A model generated the notes under the pieces. The model worked only from the letters and a program-made list of their open reading frames with translations, did no database searches and was not told the origin of the DNA. A program made the position numbers and the translations under genes. From a virus, in UHGV virus genome UHGV-0205583: 52,029 nt of DNA; one strand, given 5' to 3'. This document shows, in pieces, positions 1 through 10,110 of this stretch. Within the stretch, counting starts at the first letter, position 1; every line of letters starts with the position of its first letter.

Positions 1-9
1 ATCTTATTA

Positions 10-345
10 ATGGAAGCGTTGTTAACATTTACATTTAAAGACTTCATAGCTTTTATGATTCCTCTTTTTATTGGCGGACTTATCTTCAATAGGAGACGTA
101 AACGTAAGGAGGTTCGAGTGAAGTTTTCATTTCTTTGGCTTGTTTTGATTGTCGGTGGAATTCTTGAAATATGCGATGATATCTACACAACTTATTCCTA
201 TAGGCATAATCACTTATATAATAATGATACGCTTACAACCGTGTTTAACTATGATTTTGCAAAAATTGTTTTTTGTGGGGTTTTGATCTTTGTTTCTATT
301 GCGCTTCTTCTTCAGGAGTTGCTTTTAAACAAGCAGTCACATTGA
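10..345 (+). CDS. small hydrophobic membrane protein (AT-rich moron), hypothetical
   Basis: 111-aa ORF with 2-3 predicted TM helices. Strongly AT-rich compared with the adjacent tail genes. No family recognised. Confidence 0.35.
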   Translation: MEALLTFTFKDFIAFMIPLFIGGLIFNRRRKRKEVRVKFSFLWLVLIVGGILEICDDIYTTYSYRHNHLYNNDTLTTVFNYDFAKIVFCGVLIFVSIALLLQELLLNKQSH

Positions 346-659
346 CGTATATTTCCTGTCGGTGCATCGCCATTTTTTATTTTGATATGGGGCTGTGCCG
401 AAACAATGTAAGCTCACATTAAATTCAATAAAATTAATATATTGATAATGCTGTTTTTTTTATTTCTTTTGGCTCTTGAGGTGAGTTGGTAAATATATCG
501 CTCTGTGTGTTTTTTTTCGATTTAATAAGATTTTTATCTTCGTTAATTTGAACCAAAAAATCAGAGATTTCTTCGATTCCATCGTGCTTTATTCTGAAAT
601 GAATACCCTCCTGAGGTTAATGGTGAAATTTTATTCGAGATACTTTACCGGGAGACTGC

Positions 660-1133
660 ATGACTGATATCTACTACCCACATGACAGCCTCCCTATGCC
701 ATTACAGGAAGGATACGGATTTCAGCCTGTGAGCCCGTTAAAACGAACCCAGTTAACCACCGGTCGCGCGAGGCAAAGGCGAGCTTTTACGTCCACGCCG
801 ACGCAGGCCAGCATCACCTGGTTTATGGAAACCGATGCGCAGGGACTGGCGTTTGAGGCCTGGTTCCGTGATGCGTTATCTGACGGGGCTGCATGGTTCA
901 TGATGAAGCTGCAGACGCCGGCGGGCATTAAGTTTTACAAATGCCGCTTCACAGACATTTATCAGGGCCCGGAACTGGTTGCCCCGATCTACTGGAAGTA
1001 CAGCGCAACGCTGGAATTATGGGAGCGCCCCCTTGCTCCTGCCCCATGGGGTAATTACCCGGAATGGATCGTCGGCAGCTCACTGCTGGATATTGCGCTG
1101 AATAAGGAGTGGCCGAAGCATGACTCAGATTAA
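660..1133 (+). CDS. phage minor/distal tail protein
   Basis: 157-aa ORF heading an operon with overlapping reading frames that leads into the K-like and J-like genes. If the window ends are joined it lies directly after the tape-measure gene. Confidence 0.5.
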   Translation: MTDIYYPHDSLPMPLQEGYGFQPVSPLKRTQLTTGRARQRRAFTSTPTQASITWFMETDAQGLAFEAWFRDALSDGAAWFMMKLQTPAGIKFYKCRFTDIYQGPELVAPIYWKYSATLELWERPLAPAPWGNYPEWIVGSSLLDIALNKEWPKHDSD

Positions 1134-1602
1134 ACGCCTCTACGCCAGCAGCGGGCCGGAGGTGATCATTGAAACGCTGCAGATCACCATTGGTTCTGAC
1201 GTCCATTATCTGTGCCAGGGTTACGAGAACATCACGGCAACGACGGAGAACGGCGATACCGTAACGTTTACCGCCTGTGCGATAGACATTGCTCTGCCTG
1301 CGCGCAATGCGGACGGTACGCAAGATTTGAAATTTGCCCTGTGCAATATCGATGGTGTTGTGTCCACGGCGATCCGCAATGCCCTGGCTAACAGATTGCC
1401 TGCATCGCTGACGTACCGGCGTTACATCTCCACGGATTTAGCGGCCCCTGCGGAAGTGCCGTATACGCTGAAAATCAAGTCTGGTTACTGGACTGCGACC
1501 GAAGGGCAGATTACCGCGGGTTATATGAATATCCTCGATACCGCCTGGCCACGTTACCGCTACACGCTACCTGTATTTCCCGGACTGCGTTATATCAGCT
1601 AA
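1120..1602 (+). CDS. phage minor tail protein
   Basis: 160 aa, overlaps the upstream and downstream tail genes, typical minor-tail position. Confidence 0.5.
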   Translation: MTQIKRLYASSGPEVIIETLQITIGSDVHYLCQGYENITATTENGDTVTFTACAIDIALPARNADGTQDLKFALCNIDGVVSTAIRNALANRLPASLTYRRYISTDLAAPAEVPYTLKIKSGYWTATEGQITAGYMNILDTAWPRYRYTLPVFPGLRYIS

Positions 1603-1611
1603 GGAATCCCA

Positions 1612-1992
1612 ATGTTCAACCCTGATAAATACCGTTCTGTTAAATGGCAGAAGGGCGGTCGCTCTTTTCCAAAACTTGACTGCTTCGGCATTGTGAACGA
1701 GATACGCCGCGACCTGAATTTACCCGTCTGGCCCGATTTTGCCGGGGTCACCAAAGACGACGGCGGCCTCGACCGGGAAGCGCGCCGGATGATGCTTACC
1801 CTTGAGCGCTGCGAACCCTGCGAAGGGGCTGGGGTGGCCTGCTATTCCGGGTCGACCGTCACCCACGTAGGGATCGTGGTCAGTATCGGTGGCCTGCTGC
1901 ATGTGGCGGAATGCAACCCAGGCACGAACGTCACCTTTCTGCCCTTGCCGCGGTTTAAGCGGCGATTTGTCAAAGTGGAGTTCTGGCAATGA
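1612..1992 (+). CDS. tail assembly protein K-like, NlpC/P60 peptidase fold
   Basis: 126 aa with a Cys...His...His arrangement (KLDCFGIV, VTHVGIVV). Its stop overlaps the J start (ATGA). Confidence 0.7.
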   Translation: MFNPDKYRSVKWQKGGRSFPKLDCFGIVNEIRRDLNLPVWPDFAGVTKDDGGLDREARRMMLTLERCEPCEGAGVACYSGSTVTHVGIVVSIGGLLHVAECNPGTNVTFLPLPRFKRRFVKVEFWQ

Positions 1993-4900
1993 CCATTCGT
2001 TTTTACCCGTCCCGGCTTCCCGGTGAACCTCTCGAAACGCATGAACATGGCGTAACCAGCCTTCGTAACTGGCTGGCGGTGAATGTTGAAGGTTACGAGG
2101 ATCGGGATTTGCCGCCGCTGACCATTGAGGTTGACGGTCTGTCCATTCCGCCAGGCGAGTGGGCCACCTGCGTGATCCGCCCTGATAGTGATGTACGGCT
2201 TTATCCGGTCCCCTTCGGGCTGGAGGCAGCCACAATCGCGTGGATTGGTGTCGGTATCTCCGTTGCCGCAGCAGCCTATTCACTGTTTATGATGAGCAAT
2301 ATCGATACGGGAGGCTATACATCATCCACAGGGCGCAGTCTCGACCTGAACCCGGCGCGGGCCAACACCGCAAAACTCGGTGATGCCATTCGTGAAGTGT
2401 TTGGCCGGGTGCGTATCTACCCAGATTATGTGGTCCAGCCTGTGACCCGGTTCGACGTTGCTGATCCAACGAAGATGCGTGTCCAGATGCTGCTGAGTCT
2501 TGGGGTCGGTGACCTGGAATATTCCACTGGCGATATCCGGGTTGGCAGTACGCCAGCTTCAACGCTGCCGGGGTTCAGCAGCACCCATTACCCGCCAGGC
2601 GCTGACGTTTCCGGCGATGAGCGCAGCGAGAACTGGTTCAACTCGACAGAGGTCGGTGGAACATCAAGCGGAACAGGGCTGGACATGGCCCAGACCTCAC
2701 CTGATTCCGACGATATTATCGCTGACAGCATGACGGTTTCTGGTGCATCCGTAACCTTTACAGGCCTTGATACGGATGATGGTGACGATGACGACGAGGA
2801 CGATAATTCTCTTCCGGACAGCTGGGTAACGGGGGCCATAGTTGAAATTAAGGCGCCGACAAATTATCTGATCTCCACCTCTTCTGGTTACAGTGTTTTT
2901 GCCAGCTCGTTGCTTACCGAACTTGCTCCCGTAGCGGGTATGCCGGTGACGCTGAGTTTCAACAGTGTCGATTATGACCTCGTCATTGCGTCCTATACCC
3001 CAAGTCAGGAGGCGGTGCCTGGCGAGGGTGGCAGTGCAGCAAAAATTCAGGCCAGTGCCGCTCCTGTTACCTATGATTTTTCGACCAGTTCCAGTACGTT
3101 CATGATCACATGGCAGGGTACCACCTATACGGTGTCGCTGGTAGCGAACTATATCTCGATGTCGGGACTGCTGGCGGCTATTACCGAGGGGCTCACTGGC
3201 TCCGGCCTGGTCGCACGGGACAACGGCGGTACCGTACTGATAACCGAGGCGGCCAGTCCGTTCGTTGGTGGGGCAATCACATCCTCCTCGCTGCCTGCAG
3301 CCGTTTTCGGTGATGCCCCGGTTTACACCTCCGGCACGGCATCAACCGGCGGCAGCCCGGCGGTAACGGCGAATGTGACGCTTGCCTATAACAGCGCCAC
3401 GGGAACAGCCTTTTCCGGCATGCCGGAGGGGGTGCAACGGCTTTCACTTGCTCACCGCGGGAATGAGTACCGCATTGTCTCGACCGACGGCACGACGGCG
3501 ACGGTGGCGCGCCTGGTTAATGGTGCCGTTGATGAGTCATGGCAGGGATTCACCGCCAGGACGATGATCGACTATGAGGCCACTGGTCTTAACGACACGC
3601 TGAGCTGGCTTGGGCCTTTCCTCGTATGCCCTGAGAATGAAGTGGTGGATGCATTCGAGGTGAATTTCTCCTTCCCGAACGGCATCTGTGGCTTTGACAG
3701 TAAGGGCAAAAAACGGATCCGCCACGTTGAGTGGGAGATTCAGTATCGCGTCTACGGTTCCGGTTCGGGGTGGGTGAGTCACCAGGGCGAGTACGCGCTT
3801 AAAAACATCAACGGGTTAGGTTTCACTGAGCGGATCACCCTCAGTTCTCCGGGACTGGTAGAGGTTCGCTGCCGTCGGCGCAATGAGCAGGGCTCAAACA
3901 ACGCCAGGGATTCGATGTACTGGCAGGCACTGCGCGGGCGACTGCTGACGCGCCCTTCATCCTATCCCGGCGTGTCGCTGATGGCAGCGACCGTTGAGAC
4001 GGGGGGCAAATTGGCGGCTCAGTCGGACCGCCGCGTAAACGTTGTGGCCACGCGCGCCTATGACTCAGGAACGGCCAGAACTATCTCGGGTGCTCTGCTG
4101 CATGTCGGAAACTCGCTGGGGCTGGAGATGGATGTCGACACCATCAACGCGCTGGAGTCCGCGTACTGGACGCCACGGGGGGAAAATTTCGATTTTGCTA
4201 CCGGAGACAGTATCTCAGCGCTGGAAATGCTGCAGAAGATAGCCAATGCCGGGAAGTCCCGCTTTCTGTTAAGCGATGGCCTGGCGACGGTCAACCGTGA
4301 GGGGATTAAGCCATGGACTGGCGTGATCACTCCGCATGAGATGGTGGAGGAGCTGCAGAGCGGATTTACCGTGCCCTCAGATGATGATTTTGATGGTGTC
4401 GACGTGACGTACATCAACGGGACTACCTGGGCAGAGGAGACCGTTAAATGCCGGACGCCTGATAATCCTACGCCGGTGAAAATAGAGAATTACAAACTCG
4501 ATGGGGTACTGAATCAGGATCACGCCTACCAAATCGGGATGCGTCGCCTGATGAAATACCTGCAGCAGCGGGTGACGTTCCAGACCACTACCGAGCTGGA
4601 CGCGCTGTGCTACAACACGGGCGATCGCATAGTGCTCACGGATGATATTCCGGGCAACAACACGATTTCCTGTCTGGTGGAGGCGATGACAACGGCTGGT
4701 GGCGTGACAACGTTCACCGTCACGGAGCCGCTGGACTGGTCTTTCGAAAATCCCCGCGCGCTGATCCGTTATCAGGATGGCTCTGCATCCGGGCTGATGG
4801 TGGCGAGCAGGGTGGGTGATTTTCAGCTGTCAGTCCCGCACCTGAGCGAGTTTGATGATCCCATGCGGGTTGACCTGTCGTCGGCAACCATCGAGCCGAT

Positions 4901-5057
4901 CCGCCTGGTGTTCTGCGGCTCAACGCGCCATGTCTACGACGCCATTGTAGAGGAGATCGCCCCGCAGTCTGACGGAACCTGTCAGGTCACCGCTAAAGAA
5001 TACCTCGAATCGTTCTACCAGTACGACGACGCCACATACCCCGGCGACGTCGCTTAA
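1989..5057 (+). CDS. host specificity protein J / central tail fibre
   Basis: 1022-aa protein directly after the K-like gene. Contains an acidic DTDDGDDDDEDD stretch and a repetitive beta-rich sequence. The size and position match the lambda gpJ class. Confidence 0.8.
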   Translation: MTIRFYPSRLPGEPLETHEHGVTSLRNWLAVNVEGYEDRDLPPLTIEVDGLSIPPGEWATCVIRPDSDVRLYPVPFGLEAATIAWIGVGISVAAAAYSLFMMSNIDTGGYTSSTGRSLDLNPARANTAKLGDAIREVFGRVRIYPDYVVQPVTRFDVADPTKMRVQMLLSLGVGDLEYSTGDIRVGSTPASTLPGFSSTHYPPGADVSGDERSENWFNSTEVGGTSSGTGLDMAQTSPDSDDIIADSMTVSGASVTFTGLDTDDGDDDDEDDNSLPDSWVTGAIVEIKAPTNYLISTSSGYSVFASSLLTELAPVAGMPVTLSFNSVDYDLVIASYTPSQEAVPGEGGSAAKIQASAAPVTYDFSTSSSTFMITWQGTTYTVSLVANYISMSGLLAAITEGLTGSGLVARDNGGTVLITEAASPFVGGAITSSSLPAAVFGDAPVYTSGTASTGGSPAVTANVTLAYNSATGTAFSGMPEGVQRLSLAHRGNEYRIVSTDGTTATVARLVNGAVDESWQGFTARTMIDYEATGLNDTLSWLGPFLVCPENEVVDAFEVNFSFPNGICGFDSKGKKRIRHVEWEIQYRVYGSGSGWVSHQGEYALKNINGLGFTERITLSSPGLVEVRCRRRNEQGSNNARDSMYWQALRGRLLTRPSSYPGVSLMAATVETGGKLAAQSDRRVNVVATRAYDSGTARTISGALLHVGNSLGLEMDVDTINALESAYWTPRGENFDFATGDSISALEMLQKIANAGKSRFLLSDGLATVNREGIKPWTGVITPHEMVEELQSGFTVPSDDDFDGVDVTYINGTTWAEETVKCRTPDNPTPVKIENYKLDGVLNQDHAYQIGMRRLMKYLQQRVTFQTTTELDALCYNTGDRIVLTDDIPGNNTISCLVEAMTTAGGVTTFTVTEPLDWSFENPRALIRYQDGSASGLMVASRVGDFQLSVPHLSEFDDPMRVDLSSATIEPIRLVFCGSTRHVYDAIVEEIAPQSDGTCQVTAKEYLESFYQYDDATYPGDVA

Positions 5058-5121
5058 CTTTTTAAAAAGCACCCATTCACCCGCCTCATTCGGCGGGTTT
5101 TTCATTTTTGGAGCACAATGT

Positions 5122-7506
5122 ATGGCCGACAACGAAAAGCTTGGCTCGACATCACCACAGATATTGCTGAAGAACGCAACCAATCTGGATAAGTTAGTCA
5201 ATGGCCGCGAATCAGAGTCATTGCCGGATCGTTTCGCTGTACTTCGCCGCACCTGGTACGGTATGGAGATGATCTTCAATCGCTTCATCACGTATATCAC
5301 GGGACGTGGCGAACAGGCGGTAGGTGCCATTGGCTGGCAGGAGCTGGGAAACTGGGCGACTGGCCTCACGGTCGATAATCGCCAGCAAATCGTTTACTAC
5401 AATGGCTCCTGGTACAAATACCTTGGAGAGCTTGAGCACGTCATTACCGGAGATTCTCCAGAGAATGATGGTGGAGTGTGGTCGGCTGAAAACCCAACGG
5501 GGAAATGGTCGAATATTGGTGATGCGGCTCTTCGCTCAAACCTGGGTTCAGGCGACGGCCAAAAACTGGTGGGAAAGTGCGCCACTCTGGATGCACTCAG
5601 AACCACAGAGCCGGACTATCACGGGCAGGAAATAATCCTGTTTCGTGCGGCTGCCGATGGCCCTGTGCTGAATGAGAGGCTGTATTACGATGCGACGGAT
5701 ACCACATCGGAAGAAAATGGATTTTCGGTATTTGTAACGCCGAACGGTGCAAGATGGAAAGCGGATGTATCCGAGGGGTATAACGTATTTCTGGCGGGGT
5801 TTTCTCCTTCAGAAAATAACCTCGCGCAGTGCATTCATAAAATAAACGCCTGGATAGTTGCTAAGGCTATCGCTGCCAACCGGATTAATGACAGGAAGGC
5901 GACCATTCTTATTCCCGGTCTGATTGATTCTGGTGGCGCTACCGTTTACACGATGACGGAAGATGTGCATTTCTGCGCTGCGCTGGTCGAGCTGGTCCCA
6001 CTTACGCTTCAGTTCTGGGATTTTTCGAGTTCCGTTGACGTGCCGATACTGTGCAGCAATGAATTCGAGGGATTACGCGGCGGGATGGGTAACAGCTACA
6101 ACGGGGGAGCGGCTGACCAGGGCGGCTTCGCTATCAACCCGCGCAGCTTTCTCTATATCAAAGGCGGCGGCGAGGATTATACGCCCCACGGAGTAATTCT
6201 GGGGAACCGGTCGCGCCGTCCGGATGGGACAGCCTATCTCAACGTCAGAGATACCGTTATTCGCAACGTCCGGGTGTTCAACTGCGCAGATGGACTGACA
6301 TTTGGCAATTACGATACCTACGTGGTTGGTTTCGAAAACTGCAATGCCTATGCAAATACTCGTGGCCTGTCTCAGCCAACTGCAACGGCAGTGAATGCCG
6401 GTGAGCGGTGGTGGCTGAATAACTGCGTCCTGTCTAACAGCACCGAAGACAACATCTACATAAACAGCAACGGGCCGGCGATTTATTTTGACAACGTCAG
6501 TAATGATTACGCACGCCGTGATGCGTTCCGCTTTGGCCCTAATGCAGCCGGTTCTTTCCTGTTTACCAACAGCCATTTCGAAGGCTATGACGAGAAACTT
6601 ATTAACCAGCCGGTCAAAGAAGGCTCTGGCGGTCAGTGTCGTTTTCTGATGATTGGTGGGTTAACGGACTCCCGGCGTACCGGCGTGACGTATCGCGGCA
6701 TCAGGGATGTTATTTACGGGGCGACATATCGCGGCGTTATTGCTGAGTTTCGTGATGTGGATATGGGCGCAGGCCCCGCCGGTTACATGTGTAACAGCAA
6801 GTATGGGTCGTGGACCGGGGCCGAGAATCCTGCTGTTGTTATTATTCAGCACAAAAACAGCGACACCTATAAATGGTTGCCGGGTTATGGCTATGGTGTG
6901 GGTAAATACGCCCTGAATTCGGTGTACAAATTCACCGGAACATCGGGGGTATCTCTGCCGACGACGAAAGCCACCGCCAGTGCTGCCAGCGCTTACCACT
7001 GGACTTTCACTCAGGGAGGAGCAACAGCGGTATTTGGTGACGCAGATACGGACGGATTAATCCCGGTCAAAATCAGAATGACCTCGACTACGGACGTCCT
7101 CTATCTATATCAGGCGACCGAAATTCAGTTCCCGAGAAACACCAACTATCTGTCAGCGATGTGTGCGATTAAGTGCAAAAACGCGGTGGGTGAGGTGAAG
7201 GTGCAGGCTGCTCTCCGTCCACTGAGTAATCCTACAATAGCTGTTAGCGGGTCTGTTGTAACGCAAACTGAAACCGTTCGCGGCTCAGTGCTCGGCGATG
7301 AGATTGATGTACTGAATACGATACTGACCAAAAGTTATATCTCACTGACTAAAGATGATTTTGTCTCAACGCCACCACTCAAGGTGCCGAACTATTTTCT
7401 GGGCTCCGTGACATCTAACGCCGGATTTAAAATCTACGGGTTTACCGGGGAAATTGAGCTGGAGCTGCCGGTGTACTGGTTCGATAACCTGCATCCCAAT
7501 ACATGA
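5122..7506 (+). CDS. tailspike / side tail fibre with right-handed beta-helix (pectate-lyase-like) putative polysaccharide depolymerase domain
   Basis: 794 aa. The N-terminal part is adaptor-like. The central part has N/G/S-rich beta-helix repeats (NCNAYANTRG, NNCVLSNSTEDNIYINSNGPAIYFDNVS). An SD and ATG at 5122 follow the J stop. Confidence 0.65.
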   Translation: MADNEKLGSTSPQILLKNATNLDKLVNGRESESLPDRFAVLRRTWYGMEMIFNRFITYITGRGEQAVGAIGWQELGNWATGLTVDNRQQIVYYNGSWYKYLGELEHVITGDSPENDGGVWSAENPTGKWSNIGDAALRSNLGSGDGQKLVGKCATLDALRTTEPDYHGQEIILFRAAADGPVLNERLYYDATDTTSEENGFSVFVTPNGARWKADVSEGYNVFLAGFSPSENNLAQCIHKINAWIVAKAIAANRINDRKATILIPGLIDSGGATVYTMTEDVHFCAALVELVPLTLQFWDFSSSVDVPILCSNEFEGLRGGMGNSYNGGAADQGGFAINPRSFLYIKGGGEDYTPHGVILGNRSRRPDGTAYLNVRDTVIRNVRVFNCADGLTFGNYDTYVVGFENCNAYANTRGLSQPTATAVNAGERWWLNNCVLSNSTEDNIYINSNGPAIYFDNVSNDYARRDAFRFGPNAAGSFLFTNSHFEGYDEKLINQPVKEGSGGQCRFLMIGGLTDSRRTGVTYRGIRDVIYGATYRGVIAEFRDVDMGAGPAGYMCNSKYGSWTGAENPAVVIIQHKNSDTYKWLPGYGYGVGKYALNSVYKFTGTSGVSLPTTKATASAASAYHWTFTQGGATAVFGDADTDGLIPVKIRMTSTTDVLYLYQATEIQFPRNTNYLSAMCAIKCKNAVGEVKVQAALRPLSNPTIAVSGSVVTQTETVRGSVLGDEIDVLNTILTKSYISLTKDDFVSTPPLKVPNYFLGSVTSNAGFKIYGFTGEIELELPVYWFDNLHPNT

Positions 7507-7517
7507 GGAAATAAAAT

Positions 7518-7748
7518 ATGTATTACGTTTATCTGGTCAGGGATGGGCTTTATGAAGTCACCACCGCAAAGCGTGATGATGAAGAATACGTGTCATTCAG
7601 CACCGATAACACCGCTCATATCGTCGAAACGGCCGACTGGTATATTACACAGAAAAGAGACCAGGAAACCCCATCAACAACCGATAGTGCAGGCGGCGAT
7701 GATTTCATCGACCCGACACTGAAGCATTACACGGTTGTCGTTTTATAG
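7518..7748 (+). CDS. hypothetical small protein downstream of tailspike
   Basis: 76-aa ORF with an SD (GAGGAAATAAAATATG) 12 nt after the tailspike stop. Confidence 0.3.
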   Translation: MYYVYLVRDGLYEVTTAKRDDEEYVSFSTDNTAHIVETADWYITQKRDQETPSTTDSAGGDDFIDPTLKHYTVVVL

Positions 7749-7753
7749 GAAAA

Positions 7754-7791
7754 CCACCATCACTAAATTATTTGGCGTTCAGTGATGGTGG
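7754..7791. other. 11-bp-stem hairpin (CCACCATCACT...AGTGATGGTGG) at the end of the tail operon
   Basis: Perfect inverted repeat read from the sequence, with no U-tract. Confidence 0.5.
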
Positions 7792-8026
7792 GGCAATTAC
7801 TCTAAGAATAATCAAGGTTCAAATATTTATACCAAAACAAAGGGGGCAGCATGACGATTTCCTGGTGCGGGAGGAGGTTTTGTTTCATATTCATACTGGT
7901 AGTTATGGGGGCGGTTATTAACCTTCATTTTTCTGATTCAGTCTTGCCATATGTTGCATTGTCTTTTTTTTCAGCTTTAAAATTTAAACGATAAATAAAA
8001 GACCCAGCAAAATGCCGGGCTGAAGA

Positions 8027-8863
8027 TCATTTGAAGTGTTTTCTTACCTCTGCAGTATAGCTAAAAGGATTGGTATTGTAAGACCCTTTTATTTTTACTG
8101 ACCCTTCCCAACTGATGACTGACGCTGCTCCACCAACCAACGCTGCCAGAGCAGCTCCTGTTTGTGGAAAAAACCAACTGGCACCTGCATACACGGAAGC
8201 ACTTATTGCAAGAATATTCTTCATATTAAAGTTTAGTTTTATGTCTGATGATGTTAAAGAGAATTTTTTCTCATTATACAGGCGGTGTAACTCTAAGCAT
8301 GCAATGTCAATTTCATTCAAGACCTTTTTAAGCTCCATAGCTTGATTTTCTGCTTCTGATACTCTTAATTCCATGGAGTTTAAAGTTGTTGTAAGGTGTT
8401 TTAATTGTTCTTTCCTTGATTGTCTAAATTCAAGAACTTCATCTAAAGGAGTATTAACATCAATAAATGGCATGACATTGACCAAGTGGAACAGTGTACC
8501 ACCAGTATTTTGAGCAACCCCATCGTTTACCAGGACTCTTGGAGATAACCCGTCTGGGATGTAGTTTATGCCTTTATCATCTAAAAGATTAAGTATTTTT
8601 GACTTGGTTGCCTCTGCAACCATCATTGAAAACTCCCCCCGACCAACTACATCTACAGTTATTTCTTCGAAGACTCCTTCACCCTTCAATTTTTCAATGT
8701 CTTGGTTAATAGGGAATCCGAATATCCCCGGCTTTAGATTAACAATTGAATCCCAATACAATATTTTATTAACTAAATTATCTATACCATTACCAATGTT
8801 CAATGCTATTGTTTCTGGTGCTCCGAAAGAAATGTTTTGCTGGATGAGTAGTTTATTCTGCAT
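8027..8863 (-). CDS. hypothetical membrane-anchored protein, AT-rich moron (candidate abortive-infection/exclusion protein)
   Basis: 278 aa. Soluble N-terminal region followed by two C-terminal TM helices (ILAISASVYAGASWFF..., AALAALVGGAASVISW). GC is far below that of the phage backbone and the gene sits in the b-region after the tail fibres. Confidence 0.5.
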   Translation of the reverse strand: MQNKLLIQQNISFGAPETIALNIGNGIDNLVNKILYWDSIVNLKPGIFGFPINQDIEKLKGEGVFEEITVDVVGRGEFSMMVAEATKSKILNLLDDKGINYIPDGLSPRVLVNDGVAQNTGGTLFHLVNVMPFIDVNTPLDEVLEFRQSRKEQLKHLTTTLNSMELRVSEAENQAMELKKVLNEIDIACLELHRLYNEKKFSLTSSDIKLNFNMKNILAISASVYAGASWFFPQTGAALAALVGGAASVISWEGSVKIKGSYNTNPFSYTAEVRKHFK

Positions 8864-9140
8864 AATTAACCCCTACATGTATTTTATTTTTTTAATCTGA
8901 CGTCTACGATATCCTGAAATCAGATGTACGTGATAGTAACAAAATCCCACTCGAACACATGAATGAAAATGTTGCTCCATGATTACTAGTCCTGTTCATA
9001 GGATAGGTGAAAGTAAAACATACATCAGAAACGGCATAGTGTGTATAAATTCAGATGACGAAAATTTAACCTTTCCAAGAAAGAGGAAGATGTGAACGTA
9101 CCAGTTTGACAGTCATGGGTTGACGATGAGTAGATTACAG

Positions 9141-9320
9141 AGCAACCAGGTTCCTACAGCCGCGGCCAAGGAGCAGGGGATAGTCGGCGGTCGTCGCAGA
9201 GTGATGACCCCGTAGGTTGTCGAACGGGCGCGACGAATGCTTGCGAACGGCGCCACCCGGCAGCAGGTGGCTGATGTGACAGGCGTGGACGTGAAAACAA
9301 TCTACAAGTACCTCCCGGCG
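9141..9320 (+). pseudogene. remnant of serine recombinase (DNA invertase/resolvase) C-terminal HTH
   Basis: Translation ...GRRRVMTP*VVERARRMLANGATRQQVADVTGVDVKTIYKYLPAT* matches the resolvase/invertase C-terminal HTH consensus but carries an in-frame stop and no catalytic domain. Confidence 0.55.
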
Positions 9321-9403
9321 ACTTGAAGACAAAGATTTCACTACTTTTCCTGATATGTTACGTTTGGCTTAATCAATTCATTCTGCTTTGAAAACAGTTT
9401 GGT

Positions 9404-9826
9404 TTGTTCGTGAACGGTAAGAAAACAATAAGTTTTGAGCAATTTTTAACTATTAACAGCAATCTTGTTTCCATCTCAGATACATGGGCTGACTTGTGGG
9501 CGTTAATTTTTCACACGGGTTTAAGCGCTGGAAGGCTGCTGAGTATTCGATATGATGATATTGATGGTGACTTGATACTGATACGAAAACAGGGTCACCT
9601 GAAGGAGCTACGTGTTAAATCAACCCCTCCAGTAGAGGCGATGATTGCTCGTAGAAGAGAACGCTATCCAGAAGATGTTTATTTATTTCAGAGTCATTCT
9701 AACCGTGTGAAGTACCATCGCCGGCCGGTCACTATAATTGCTTTCAACGCCGCTTTACGTCGCGCCGCTAGATCATTACCAGACGTTAACGTAAGCAGTA
9801 GTAGCGCGAGAAACATACCGGACTAA
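9404..9826 (+). pseudogene. tyrosine recombinase (phage-integrase family) fragment
   Basis: The 140-aa ORF has a box-I-like segment (LIFHTGLSAGRLLSIRYDDIDGD) but lacks the C-terminal HxxR...Y catalytic box. It lies among decayed recombinase repeats. Confidence 0.4.
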
Positions 9827-9837
9827 GCGCCTGTCCA

Positions 9838-9903
9838 GTAGCGTGTGGCCGATGTGACAGGCGTGGGAGTGAAGACGATTTACAAATATTTGCCAGTACA
9901 ATA
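9838..9903 (+). repeat. second degenerate copy of the invertase HTH-coding segment (VADVTGVGVKTIYKYLP)
   Basis: About 85% identical over roughly 45 bp to 9272..9318. Confidence 0.6.
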
Positions 9904-10045
9904 CGGCGATAAAAAATCCCCTTGAGCAGGCACACTCAAGGGGAAAATACTACATAACATCATTGCTGTGTGCGTCTTTGCGCTCATCTATCTTCCAAGA
10001 AGATGCCTAAAGCTTCCAGATATTTCTGGTCTGAGCAGTTAAAAC

Positions 10046-10110
10046 ATTGGGTCGGTAGCCGATGTAATAGGAGGGGTGCAGACGATTTATAAATATTTTC
10101 CAGCCGGTTA
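10046..10110 (+). repeat. third, more decayed copy of the invertase HTH-coding segment (VADVIGGVQTIYKYFP)
   Basis: Visible alignment to 9272..9318 and 9850..9897. Confidence 0.5.

Noticed and set aside
1720-2283. Long antisense or overlapping ORFs inside large genes (1720..2283, 6073..6576, 16119..16667, 41853..42311, 44151..44801 and others)
   Set aside because: They lie wholly within well-supported phage genes on the opposite strand or in alternative frames of GC-rich DNA. They have no start context and their composition is typical of GC-rich antisense artefacts.
1-7506. Two tandem prophages (tail end of one, then a second starting at int)
   Set aside because: Gene content is non-redundant (one set each of head, tail, lysis and immunity genes). 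The order closes exactly if the ends are joined. A single permuted genome is therefore more parsimonious, but this cannot be proven without flanking sequence.
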